DNA of 64,000 nucleotides, from contig OX597817.1 in assembly GCA_951406725.2 (NCBI GenBank), positions 141,236,001 to 141,300,000 on the forward strand, in the 5' to 3' direction. Numbering within the stretch: the stretch's first letter is position 1; every line of letters begins with the position of its first letter. The stretch is from Octopus vulgaris. Lineage: Eukaryota. The notes under the pieces were generated by a model, which saw only the letters and a list, made by a program, of their open reading frames with translations, was not told the origin of the DNA and searched no databases. The translations under genes and the position numbers were made by a program. Below are positions 1-12,662 of the stretch, piece after piece.

Positions 1-466
1 CTGATCTTAACTGACTGGAAGTGTTATCATGTACATGTTTTTTTTGGCTTGGTATAAAAGATGGTCTACAACAAATATTCTGCTCAATACCACAGATTTG
101 CTTGTCAGTTGTTTGACAGTAACCAGTTGAGCATGTCTCTTGGTAGCTGACAATATGTGCATCTCTGATCACGAGCAGAAGTAGAGGAGCATCATAGCCA
201 TACATTAAGGAATTCTTTGGAGTTTGAATAATTCACTTCTGGAAACAAGGGCGTTTCATTCAACATACTTAAACAAACCTTATTCAGGGACCTTTTGAGT
301 GGGATGGGCTACTTGACCTGAAGAAAATTCTAACTGGGTCCCACCTGCATGTGCTTGGAGTAACCTTATCAGACGGATGGTAATGATGGGTATACTGAGC
401 TTCGTCTATTTTACTCCAGTGTCACTTTGATGGAATGCACTGCTCTCTCACTCAATAATAATAATA
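1..466 (+). mobile_element. Interspersed repeat, probable LINE 3' region ending in an (AAT)n tail
   Basis: First ~90 bp recur at ~32055-32139; ends in caataataataat. Family not identified. Confidence 0.55.
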
Positions 467-2259
467 CTTTCTACCAGAGGCACAAGGCCTGAAGTTCTGG
501 GGAAGGAGGCTAGTCAGTTACATCGATCCTGGGAGGATGAAAGGCGGACGAAATGTCACTAAATATTTTGTCCGGTATGTTAATGGTTTCAAATTTTAGC
601 ACAAGGCCAGTAGTTTCAGAGGGAGGGGTTTAATCGATTAAATCAACCGTAGTACTTGGCTGGTACTTTATTGATCACATAAGATGAAAGACAAAGCTAA
701 CTTATAAAAGAAAAATATATTATAAATCGAAGGAGTTTCGTTATTCCATTAACAAAAAAAAAAGTATAATTTTTACCATCAGATACACTGTGTCATTTGA
801 GTTAGAACTTTCAAAATAAAATTAAAAAGGCATATCTCATGCAAGAGACACGACAAGCAATGGAAGGTAATGTGCTGCGATTTATATTCATTTTAGATGA
901 AGTAGTTGAAAATTAAATATAACTGGAAGTGGATAATAAAATAATATCAATAATGAGATGGATCTGTTACTTAGCTCGGATCAGTTTTGATCGAACAAAA
1001 CTATGATTAAAGGTGTTCCAGTCATAACCATCCCTATTTTTTCACATAACTATTATCTTAAACTACATTATGCATTGACTTTCCTATTTTTAAAACGTCA
1101 GTGTGATTTGAGGGGAAATTTGGCTGCTATTTCTAGCAAGCCGGCAACCGTATAGAGGCTCCTTACTGGTTTCAATTATAAACAGTTTATTTGCTGTCGA
1201 GAAGAATCAAGAGGAACCAGCTAGTTAAAGTTCACCAGATACCAGTAATATACTGATACATATTTGTATATCTATGAAAAAAAGTAAACATTTTACTTTA
1301 CATCCAAGGCTGGAACCAAGTCACAATTTGAAATTCATCTCTAACATGTAAACTTCCTAATTATATTTGGAAGTCCTAAGAACAACAAATCTAAAAATAA
1401 CGACAAGATGGTTACGTCTGTAACGCCTTTGTGTCATAAGTTTGCTGTCAAACCTAAGCACTCACTGGAACAGTAATAAATGGTAAATCTTTCAATAAAT
1501 ATTGTCATTGTGTAGATCTGAAGAAAATGTATCCCCTGGCAATCAATGAGGAACATTAGCATAATGTATTAGGAGAGTTCCACTAGAAAGGGAGACAAAT
1601 CCAATGACTCAATGTCACAACCGAAGTAAATAAACAAGGTAGTTACATTTCTGAACCATTAAAAAAAAAATTTATAATCATTTACACTTTAAGAAATCAA
1701 AAAAAAAAAAAAAAAAAACGTATTTAACAAACAGAAACGATTACCAAAAATGATTGCAAAAACTGCCGAATTCAAAAGAAGATTGTGTAAGAAAATAAGA
1801 AACACTTTTTTTTAATGTTAACCGCTTAGGAAATTCGGGGAAAATGTGTTTATGAAATTCACAGTTAAATGCATTTAGAGAAAAATGCTGCAATATAAAC
1901 TGTTCAATATACTAGTATCGCAGAACTACTGGACTGATTTAAATACACACACACACTCTCTCTTTCTATAAATGTGTGTGTGTGCAGCTACCAGTAAGCA
2001 ATGCAATAGATTGCATTAAGAACTATAATCATAAATATCAATTCTCCACAAAAATAATTTTATCCGTCTATTAAAAAAAAATTCATAATGATGAAAATAA
2101 GAGACAAGATGTTTGTTTGCATTAAACACTATATATATATGTGTGTGTGTGAGTGAGCAAGTGACATACACACAAAGTGGTGTATATATATAAAATGTAT
2201 GAGTGTGTGTGTATATATATATAGATATATATATACAATAAGCCATAGTGATAGTAATA

Positions 2260-3177
2260 ATGATGGCGTCAGTCGCCATGTTTAGAGCAGATGAATCTCA
2301 TGGCGCCGCCAACAATGACATTTACTTTAACATTATCAAATCATCACACACTCCAGTGGCAACTAACACAGTAGTATAGAAGTAAACTGTTGAAACAGAA
2401 AGAAAATCAAATTTGATAAGGCGATCGGACGAGCATTTAAGGTTTATTTACAAATCAACGCACATCATCATTGGGCGCCGCCATCTTGGAAAAGTAGCGT
2501 CTCGTCACGTTGAAATAAGGCGACATGACAACAGAAGCAGCTTCTTCGTGACTAACAAGCCAACTAAAGAGGGCATGAGGGCAAGAAAACAACTGACAGG
2601 TTTATCGGTGTAAGTCACAAATGTTAACAACAACAAAAATAAGGAGTGTGCCAATAGACGAGTAACCGGCGACATCGGTGTCTTTGGCGTCGGTTCCAAC
2701 AGCAAAACAAACGCCAATTCGACATGGCTTTGAAAAAAAATAATTAAAACCAAAAAACTTGTGCAGATAATAATTTCATTTAAATAGACACAAGACTATA
2801 TTTTCTATAGAAGAGTGTAATTGGGATTTAAATTTTAAGATTAATACAAGAAATCGAAGATTTCTGTGGCGCCAAAACTCTTCAACATCAATAACAAAAA
2901 GTCGCCATTTTGTAGGGGGAATCATTTGTAAAGGGAGGCAGGAAAATCATTGATTGAAGGGAGGGGGGGCTGGCACCACCACCGACATTTTTTTGTCTGC
3001 TACAATCAACTTACCTGTATTGTAGACGTGGAGTTCGTCCACAATTCCTTCGTTGCCACCACCAAATACAACCATAAGATCTTTGATCGCCACAGCTCGA
3101 TGTCCATGTCGTGGCCTGGGACATGGCCCCGCCGTATTGGTAACTCGCTTCCACTTCAATATGGGTGCCGCCATATT
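2260..3177 (-). promoter_or_regulatory. Cluster of YY1-type motifs (AAnATGGCG) over the HCFC1 start codon and intron 1
   Basis: Minus-strand AACATGGCGAC (2272-2282), AAGATGGCGGC (2477-2487), AAAATGGCGAC (2901-2911), AATATGGCGGC (3167-3177); locally CpG-rich. Confidence 0.65.
3015..3174 (-). CDS. HCFC1: Host cell factor 1, first coding exon (start of Kelch domain); gene continues beyond the left window edge
   Basis: [53 protein letters not shown] matches the conserved HCF-1 N-terminus; 53 codons + 1 nt, then CAG|GTAAGT donor (phase 1) at 3015/3014. Confidence 0.96.
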
Positions 3178-3199
3178 GAAGTTACCCACAATGCTAACC

Positions 3200-3270
3200 A
3201 ATAAAGGGGGGGAGAGAGTGGCGTAAATGCCCGGACGTAAAAACAAAAAATCGGAAGATCACGTGAGCTA
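3200..3270 (-). promoter_or_regulatory. HCFC1 proximal promoter/5' region with ETS core and palindromic E-box
   Basis: CGGAAG 3252-3257 adjacent to TCACGTGA 3259-3266, about 85 bp upstream of the ATG; no TATA box seen. Confidence 0.5.
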
Positions 3271-4230
3271 GCGTTTACCTCATTTCATCAAGTTTCCAAA
3301 ATTGACATTACAATTTTTTGATAGATAATAGATTATTTCTACATAATTATAAAACTGGATAAGAAACAACTCGATTTTTCAATAGTTATTGATATAATTG
3401 CACATTTTTCCTTCTTCCGGTATCGAAATCACTGCTAGATAATATTACGACCAGCATGCATTGCACCAATATATCCGATAAGTAAGGACTGTTGTTAATT
3501 TGACGCTCGTTTCTATTTATTTATATAATTTCATTTTTTTTCTCAAATCTAATATATTTCCAACTGTCTGTTATATTTAAATAAATATATATTTTTAAGT
3601 GAACCGATAGCTCTTTTACGTGAGTGACAGAAATATTTTCCTTTCAATAATTCAACCAATTAAAACCCAGCTTTGGTGATATTTCCAGACACACCCTCCC
3701 AAACGTAAACAAGAGAAAACCCGCTTATTTCTAAAGCAACGTTGAGTGAGGAAGACTCCTTTCCCCGCCGCCCTGATTTATGAATTTACTTTTGATTACA
3801 GTAGTAAACGTTAATATCTATGCTGTATGTTGACAACCATGAAAAATTATTGGTAAAATTTTCTACCGAAAGTTTATTTTTACTGGCGATATTAACTTAA
3901 GCGGCGCAATCCGAGACGAAGAAAGCTACTCTGCGGTCGTCGACTGGCTAGAAATAGCAGCCAAAAAATTAAGGACAAATTATATAATGAATTTTTTAAA
4001 TATCCTTAAAGGAGGTAGGGTGTTCATAGCTGGAACATCTCAGATGTTCCCGATCAAGAAGCATCAGCAGAAGCTAAACAATAACATTGATATTATGAGT
4101 CATCGAAGCGGCAAGTTTCAGCATTGTCACTCGACCCGCTAGAAATAACAGCCAAATCTCCCTTACGTCACATTTTACTGTTAAAAAGACCGAAGTGCAC
4201 CTTGAATAATTGGCAGAGGTGTAACATACA

Positions 4231-4469
4231 GGTACTACTTGAGAGCAGTGGTTCCGGTGCGCGCACTCACGTAGTCGCGCATCCACGCTAGCTAGTCATG
4301 ACTAGTCGATCCTTACTTTGTGTTTTTGTGTTTTATTTACTTTGTGTAAAAAAATTATTTATTTTGTGTTTTATTTACTTTGCTAGGTAGTCGTAGGATC
4401 AACTAGTCACGACTAGCTAGTGCGGATGCGCGAGTGCGCGCACCGGGACCACTGTTCTCAAGTAGTACC
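4231..4469. mobile_element. Non-autonomous Mutator-like (MULE)/foldback MITE
   Basis: Long TIRs (ggtactacttgagagcagtggttccggtgcgcgcactc... / ...gagtgcgcgcaccgggaccactgttctcaagtagtacc), AT-rich centre, perfect 9-bp TSD taacataca (4222-4230, 4470-4478). Confidence 0.88.
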
Positions 4470-5427
4470 TAACATACATACTCCACCCCTTTTTGATTAA
4501 AAAAAAAAACACATTCAGATTATGCAAAAAAATCGGTAGAATCAGTATTTCAAAATTTAAATTCTACCCTCCTTTTTTTTCATTTTTATCAGAAAATTTT
4601 TTGTTTGGATTCCTTTTAAGTTTGTATGTTATTTTATTTATTTATTTATTTTTTCCATATAAGTACTTTCCCCATATATCATCATCCTTCATGCTTGAAA
4701 CAGCAGCCAAATTCACGTTGTTCATATAAAATCGAAGGGCACTTTACGGCTAGAAATAATAAAGCACTTTCAAATTTGCTGGTCGGTGTTTCGGATCAGG
4801 ACGCTCTCATAAATTGGATTTTCTCCGTTTTGACGGGGAATTTTCCAATTTTTGACCTTCGAAATGATTAGAAGGAGGGGATCTTTTATGAAAACAAATT
4901 TTTGAAAATCTATGATGTTTTTCACCTCTCTTCCCCCTTCGGACCGATTTTGGCACTACGTATTTAAAAACCGTGGGAGAAGCCTTTTCGGTTAAAAAAA
5001 AAAAAATTTCAGATGGAAAGGTTTGAATTAAAGGAGATTTGGCTGTTGTTTCTAGCACATTAACGACCACCTTTCTTTTTTCTTTATCACTCTCACATGT
5101 ATTGATGTTTTTCTATAGTTTTCTCTCGATAAACACATTTTATGGAGTGGGTAATGCGGAAGTAACACTTGTGTGATCCATTGCTGGGATACAAGCAACA
5201 GAAATTTTATACCCCACCTTCCTCCTGAACCAAGTGTGTGTCTGTAACTACAAGAAAAGTATGGTATTAAAATAAGTTATCTTTTACATGCCTGTTTTTT
5301 AAATCTCTGGATAAATTCCTGCAATGACCTACTCAGGCTCTCCAATATTTAAAAATTATAAACAATTAGGTGAGGAGTGGGGTTGAAAACTTTTTTTTTA
5401 AATAGCATAAATGTATATAGGGGAGAA

Positions 5428-6180
5428 TCGGTCACTGGTCATTTCCTTTGGGCCTCACCGAGGAAATGACTAGTGACCGAGACTTTTGGAAATATGCCGT
5501 GCGTGAGAAGACCCGGCAAGCCAATTGAGACCATAATCTCGTGGCCTATGCCAGGTGCATTACCAGCCCACTTGTGCGTACCTTTTCCTTCTTAAGACAC
5601 TAAAACTCTGCTTGCGAAGACCTGTTGACTCAAGTGTAATCAAGAATCAATAATCAAAATCAGAATCAAAATCAAATTCGATGACTGGTGTCCATGCCAG
5701 CAGGGTGCCAAGAGCATCATATGAGTATGATCATTGACAGAGCGGCTAACCGGCTTCCGTGCCAGTGGCACTTAAAAGGCACCATTCGAGCGTGATCGTT
5801 ACCAGCGTCACCTCGAGCCCTGTGCTCGTAGGGTATTAAGAGCACCATCCGAGCGTGATCGTTGCCAGAGCAGCTATCTGGCCTCCGTGCCGGTGGCATG
5901 TAAAAGACACCATTTGAGCGCGATCAGTACCAGCATCGCCTTACTGGCACCTGTGCCAGTGACATGTGTAAAAGATTCGAGCGAGGTCGTTGCCAGTACC
6001 GCCTGATTGGCCCTGTGCTGATGGCATGTAAAAGCACCCACTACACTCTGGCATTAGGAAGGGCATCCAGCTGTAGAAACTCTGCCAGATCAAGAATGAA
6101 GCCTGATGCAGCCATCTGGTTCGCCAGCCCTCAGTCATTCGTCCTTGGATGAATGGAAAGCGGACGTTAAACGATGATGA
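5428..6180 (+). mobile_element. 5'-truncated RTE LINE (ORF end + 3' UTR) with a short 5' inversion
   Basis: Matches the reverse complement of 8745-9425; ends in gttaaacgatgatga tail. Confidence 0.85.
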
Positions 6181-6945
6181 TTCTTCCATCTTGTCGTCTT
6201 TTATTTCAATATCAGGGAATGTATTTACTCTCCTATTGTGACTGGGAAAATGACTGAAGTTTCTTGACAATATTTCTCTTTGAAAAACTCTTATTTTATT
6301 CTGAAAGCTGAAAATTGTCTGAGTAAGATCAGAAACAATCTTATTCTTCTCCTGGAGTGCTACGTTGAGAATTTGTAGATGATTCATTATATCAGTAAGG
6401 AACCTCAAATCTTGCACCCATTCATCATTTTCCAGTTGAGGATAGGATCTTTACTTTTCTTTAAGAAAAGTAATAATAGACTCAAACAGATTAACAAATC
6501 TACTCAAGACATTGCTGGTTGACATCCACCTCACAATGCAGTGGAAAGAGACATCACTGAGTTTATCTTCAAGCTCCAGCTCTTCAATAAATTTTCTGAA
6601 CTGTCGGTGAGTCTTCCCATTTAATTGTATGAAATTGTCAATTTCAAGGACAGATTTGATAACATCTTCATACTTGAAGTATCTGGCTGCCAGGTGTTCA
6701 CAATGAACAGTGAGAAACTCTGGAAAGCTGGGATCATTTTTCATAAGTGCAATTAATCCTACATTTTTCCCACCTTTGCAGGTGCAACACCTATGACTTT
6801 ATTCAGTGGAACATCAGCATTTCTTAAGGTTCTCTCAAACACATTTTCAATGTCAATACTACGAGTTATTTCTTTTAATGCCATTAAGTCCAACATTTCT
6901 TTTGTAGTTACATCAGAGCAGAGGAAACAACAAATAAATACTGCC
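6181..6945 (-). mobile_element. hAT transposase relic, SPIN/Buster (GTF2IRD2-like) type
   Basis: Motifs VHC..HL, GKTHRQFRKF, HCIVRWMS, DLRFLTDIMNHLQILNVALQ; stops and frameshifts; cut by flanking insertions. Confidence 0.85.
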
Positions 6946-7067
6946 AGTCAGTGGCAGATCTACTTTAAAACTAATGAAGCCTAAGCTTCAGGGCCCCTAA
7001 TCCGAGAAGGGGATCTTCTGAAGCTACTTAATTTTTTCATTCTGTCAGTCTTTTTGATTTTGTATTT

Positions 7068-7430
7068 TGCCATGCCGGACTGCTGAGGACATGCATAAGC
7101 TTGCAAGGAATGAAGCCAGCATGCTCCAATGGATGTGTAATGTTAATGTGCATATTCGACAGAGTGTAAGTACCTTGAGAAAAAAGTTGGACCTAAGAAG
7201 CATCAGATGTGGTGTGCAAGAGAGACGACTGTGCTGGTATGGTCATGTGGCAGGAATGGATGAGGATAGCTGTGTAAAAAAGTTCCACACCCTAGCGGTT
7301 GAGAGAACCTGTGGAAGAGGTAGACCCAGATCAAAACTGGAGCCTGGTGCAGCCATCTGGTTTGCCAGCCCACAGTCAAACTGTCCAACTCATGCTAGCA
7401 TGGAAAGTGGACGTTAAACGACAATGATGA
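7068..7430 (+). mobile_element. RTE LINE C-terminal fragment fused to its 3' UTR end
   Basis: TAEDMHKLARNEASML...RRLCWYGHV...CGRGRP, then 3' UTR end with gatgat tail. Confidence 0.85.
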
Positions 7431-7928
7431 TTGCTGTTACTAGTCTTAGTGGATGTTATCTCGTATTCCTACACAGAGTCTAGACATGCAGTGTCTAGCT
7501 ACAAACTGTTCTACCTGATATTTCTGCCGGTGTGGAGTAGTATAAAAAATATAAGTACAATTATTTCCTTGAATTATTTTGGAAACTTCAGCCTTGCCCC
7601 TCCCGTTGTCAAATATGTCTACTCCAACATCAGCACAATAGAGGTAAGAATTCTTATTTTCTCAGCGGGACACCATTATTTAATGACCAATGAAAGGATT
7701 TGCCTCCTAATTTTTGACTTACAATCTGTTCAGTAACAAAGCATATTTTTCTACTTTAAAAATTGTTTGACTATCACCTTGTACAAAATAAAGAATTCTT
7801 CATTTATGACTATATATTAAGTTGTAGACCCTTATTTTGATTGATCTCTGTTTTACTGTGGCTAATGAAAATATTACCTCAGTTTTTTTTTTTTTTCACA
7901 GAGGTCTAGTCCCGAAGAGGAATAGCAA

Positions 7929-8191
7929 TCATCATCATCATCATCATCGTTTAATGTCCACTTTCCATGCTAGCATGGGTTGGACGAATGACTGAGGGCT
8001 GGCGAACCAGATGGCGGCACCAGACTTCAATCTTGATCTGGCAGAGTTTCTACAGCTGGATGCCCTTCCTAACGCCAACCACTCTGAGAGTGTAGTGGGT
8101 GCTTTTACATGCCACTGACACGGGGCCAGTCAGGCAGTACTGGCAACGACCTTCCTCGAATCTTTTACACATGCCACCGGCACAGGTGCCA
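7929..8191 (-). mobile_element. RTE 3' UTR fragment
   Basis: (cat)n-cgtttaatgtccactttccatgctagcatggg... same as the 8745 terminus. Confidence 0.85.
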
Positions 8192-8742
8192 TGTCTTCAA
8201 GAAAGTACTTAAGCAGATACCAGAAATGCTAACTCAAGGAAAAGCAGTCTAATGAAATTTCTAAATGTCAAAAACTATCAAACTATTTTACAATGTCAAG
8301 TAAAAGTTTGTCATCACCTGCAACTGAAACAAGCTAAGCAAGCACCAGTGAGGTCAATGATAGTGCACAAACCATAAGTGCTCTGTTTAGCAATAATCAA
8401 CCTACTGTTAACAATTTTGGTGCAGATGATGATCATGGTAATCAAGAATTTCAAGAAAAGAGAGAGCAGAAACAGGAAACGAAGCAAATTTAGTGATTTC
8501 AAAGAATACAGTGACCTGCCAAACTACCCCGTAACAATTGATAATGATTTCATACAAAGCTGTTTAATTCAAGACATCAGTTTTTTTTTTTCAAAATAAA
8601 AAAAACAGATAATGTATATACTGAATCCAACAAGATTTACAAACAGCAAAATTGAAGTTTCTCAAATAAGTACTTCAAAAAAAGCATGGAAAATGGTCAG
8701 ACTGTGGTGAGATCCTGACTCGTTTCCTCAAAGAGCAAAGGT

Positions 8743-11700
8743 TATCATCATCATCATTATCATCATTTAATGTCCGTTTTCCATGCTAGCATAGGTTGGA
8801 CGATTTGACTGAGGACTGGCAAACCAGATGGCTGCACCAGACTCCAATCTGATCTGGTAGAGTTTCTACAGCTTGATGCCCTTCCTAACACCAACCATTC
8901 TAAGAATGTAGTGGGTGCTTTTATGTGCCACCGGCACGAGGGCCAGTCAGGTGGTACTGGCATTGGCCATGCTCAAATGGTGCTTTTTTTTGGGCTACCT
9001 GCACAGGATCATGTCCAGTGGCACTGGCAACGACCTCGCTCGAATGTTTTTTCACGTGTCACCAGCACAAGAGCCAGTAAGGCGACGCAGGTAACGATCA
9101 TGCTCGAATGGTGTTTTTTTACATGCCACCAGCACGGAGGCCAGCTTGTTGCTCTGGCAACGATCATGCTCATATGGTACTCTTAGCGCTCCACTAGCAC
9201 AGATGCCAGTTATCGAATTTGATTTCGATTTTGATTTCACTTGCCTCAACTGGTCATCGCAAGCAGAGTTTAGTGTCCAATGAAGGAAAGGTATGCATAA
9301 GTGGGTTGGTTACACCCCTGGCATAGGCCACAAGGTTATGGTCTCATTTGAGCTTGCCGAGTCTTCTCAAGCACAGCATATTTCCAAATGTCTCGGTCAC
9401 TAGTCATTGCCTTGGTGAGGCCCAATGTTTGAAGGTCAACCTTCATCACTTCATCCCAGGTCTTCCTGGGTCTACCTTTTTCACACAGCTATCCACATCC
9501 ATTCTTGCCACATGGCCATACCACTGCAGTCGTTTCTCTTGCACACCACAGCTGATGCTTCTTAGGTCCAACTTTTCTCTCAAGGTACTTACACTCTGTA
9601 GGGTATGGACACTGACATTACACATCCATCAGAGCATACTGGCTTCATTTCTTGCAAGCTTACACATATCCTCAGCAGTCACGGCCCATGTTTCACTGCC
9701 ATGTAACATGGCTGTTCGTACACATGTGTCATACAGTCTACCTTTTACTCTGAGCGAGAGGCCCTTTGTCACCAGCAGAGGTTGGAGCTCTCTGAACTTT
9801 ACCCAGGCTATTCTTATTCTAGCAGCTACACTTTCAGGACACCCTCCCCCACTACTGACTTGGTTACCTAGGTAATGGAAGCTATCAACTACTTGTAGTT
9901 TTTCTCTCTGGAATGTGGCAGAAGTTGGTCTCTGAGCATCTGCCACATACAAAATCTATCTTCCCAGTTAGCCTTCCTTTGATATTGCTGCACCTCTTAT
10001 GTGTCCATAGCTTACACTGGGTACATCTTTTAAAGTTTCTATCTACGCCTTTTCTACAGATTGAGCAGAGCCATCTACCTGAAGGGATTTGTGGTTTGAC
10101 TGCCTTCCTACTTATTAGGATTTTGGTTTTAGCTAGGCTGACTGTAAGGGCCTTCGATTCTAATCCTTGCTTCCACATCTGAAACTTCTCCTTTAGTTCT
10201 GATAGTGACTTAGCAATTAGAGCAAGGTCGTCAGCATAGAGGAGCTCCCAGGGGCATCCAGTCCTGAATTCCTCTGTTATTGCTTTGAGGACTATAATAA
10301 ATAGGAGGGGGCTGAGGACTGAACCTTGGTGAACCCCTACCTCTACCCAGAATTCTTCACTGTACTCATTGCCAACCCTCACCTTACTGACAGCATCCCT
10401 GTACATGGCTTGCACAGGTCTTACTAACCATTCATCTATCCCTAGTTTCCTCATTGACCACCAGATAAGGGATCGGGGGACCCTATCAACGGCTTTCTCC
10501 ATGTCAATGGTACAGAGGTTTATCTTTGGCTAGATATTTCTCTTGCAGTTGCCTTACCAGAAATATAGCATCAGTGGTGCTTCTGCTTGGTACAAAACCA
10601 AACTGCATCTCATCGAGACTAACTGTCTCCCTAACTAGTTGGGCTATGACCCTCTCTGTAACTTTCATCACCTGATCCAATAATTTGATACCCCTGTAAT
10701 TATTTCTATCTAAAGCATCACCTTTACCTTTGTAGCAGCTGATTATGATGCTGCTACACCAGTCATTGGGTGTAATTCCTTCATGAACTACCTGATTTAC
10801 AATGCAGGTGACAAGACCATAGCCCACACTGCCTGATATTTTAAGCATCTCAGCGGTGATTCCTGATGGGCCAGGTGCTTTCACTGTCTTCATATCCTTA
10901 ATTGCATATCTACCAGGATGCTATTGATTTGGGTAGCTGGTCCCTCAAATGGGTCAACCTTTGGCAGACTCTCCTCCTCCCATTCATTCTCCACATTCAG
11001 CAGTCTTCCATAATTGCATCTCCAAGCCTCTTTCTTTGCAGAATCATTAAACGCAATGGCACCATCGTCCATGCGGACACATTTCTCTCCTATGACATCA
11101 TCGTTTTCTCTCTCACACACTGTCTTGCATTCTGAAATACTTCAGTCCTTTGGTCCTCACATTGCTGAACATTGGCAAACTTGTTGTTTTCAATTTCTTC
11201 TTTACCCATATATACATGTCTCCTAGCTTCCCTTTTGGCTGTCGGATACATTCTCTTGCTACCGCCACTCTTCCAGGCCTGTTTCTTTGCTCTAATGGCT
11301 CTGTCTACAGAATTATTCCACCACCACGTTACACTAGTTCTAGAAGGGACTTTGCACCAGCCACAGATTTAGTCTATGGCACTCAGCGAGCTGTCTTGCA
11401 GGAATTCCCAGCTGCCTTCTACATCACAGGACTATAGCTCCTCCTCCCTATCATCAAATTTCCCGGTAAGGATATCCCTAAATCTCTGATCATGTGAAGG
11501 GTTCTTAAGCTTCCAAGACTTTCTTTTCCAGATTGGTCTGCATTTTGGCATCCTTCTGGCCTCGAGTCTAAATTCACTGATGAGTAGTCTATGTTAGGGG
11601 AGGGTCTTTGTATTTAAGAGCAACTATGCATCCCGCTGTCTGGTGAGAATGAAATCAATCTGGGTAGCAGAGTCACCTGATTGATAGGTTATCAGGTGGC

Positions 11701-12408
11701 TGGTTGACTTCCTGAAGTTGGTGTTGCAGGTTAATAATTTGCATCGCAGAACTCCAGGAGCCTAGTTCTCTCTTCATTTCTGGTACCAACTCCATGACCC
11801 CTATGTCCATCATGGAAGATACCAGGTTGCTGTCCAACATGCCCATTAAAATCTCCAGCCACAAAGATGAGATCATTGTCACTCATCTTTGAGGTATCCT
11901 GCAGAAGAATATCTTAAAAGTGACCCTTCTGTTCATTTGGTAAGCCCACTTGTTGGGTGTAGGCAGAGATAATTGTAGCTATACCATTCTGCAAGACTAT
12001 CCTGAGTTTAAGTACTCTATCGTACACCCTCACTACCTCTATGACCTTATCCATCCATTTCTCTGCAAGAAGTATGCCCACACCCACTATTCCATCACTA
12101 TTACCTATTTCTTTATTACTCACAAGGGGCTAAACCCAGAGGGGACAAACAAGGACAGACAAATGGAGTAAGTCTATTACATCGACGCCAGTGTGTAGCT
12201 GGTACTTAATTTATCGACCCCGAAAGGATGAAAGGCAAAGTCGACCTCGGTGGAATTTTAACTCAGAACGTAATGGCAGACAAAATACGGCTACGTATTT
12301 CGCCCGGCATGCTAACGATTCTGCCAGCTCACTGCCTTTTCCACCACTATTACCTTCCCAGAAGAGTTTATATCTATGTGCTTTGCCTGTGAGGACTCTG
12401 GCTAAAGC
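8743..12408 (-). mobile_element. Near-full-length degenerate RTE-clade LINE (AP endonuclease, RT, PHD finger, 3' UTR, (GAT)n tail)
   Basis: EN motifs GVGILL, IISAY; RT motifs NYRGIKLL, QFGFVPSRSTTDAIF, GVHQGSVLSPLLF, LLYADDLAL; C-terminal FHYLG, MLHGSETW; multiple frameshifts. Confidence 0.95.
12106..12338 (-). mobile_element. tRNA-derived SINE (central gcctttcatcctttcggggtcgataaa domain, MetaSINE-like) inserted in the RTE endonuclease
   Basis: Flanked by TSD ccatcactattacc / ccaccactattacc (12092-12105, 12341-12354); many copies in the window. Confidence 0.88.
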
Positions 12409-12439
12409 TCGACAAATCACAAGAAGTATTCTTTTGTCA

Positions 12440-12631
12440 TACTCTTTTACTTGTTTCAGTCATTTGACTGCGGCCATGCTGGAGCACCGCCTTTAGTCGA
12501 GCAAATCGACCCCGGGACTTATTCTTTGTAAGCCCAGTACATATTCTATCGGTCTCTTTTGCCGAACCGCTAATTGAACACACCAGCATCGGTTGTCAAG
12601 CAATACTAGGGGGACAAACACAGACACACAA

Positions 12632-12662
<31 letters not shown>

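Larger units (their letters stand above)
6949..8742 (+). mobile_element. Left portion of a second hAT element (Tip100/ZMYM1-like), interrupted by RTE fragments
   Basis: Starts cagtggcagatc...aagcttcagggccc (hAT-like terminus); ENGQTVVRS*LVSSKSK at ~8689-8740 resembles the TTF-type zinc-finger entry of these transposases. Confidence 0.5.

Noticed and set aside
2947-3246. ORF-track 99-aa version of the HCF-1 ORF
   Set aside because: True start is the ATG at 3174 and the exon ends at the GTAAGT donor; the flanking residues are UTR and intron.
4032-4050. Perfect 19-bp palindrome ggaacatct-c-agatgttcc
   Set aside because: Isolated, lies in an old repeat remnant, no supporting context.
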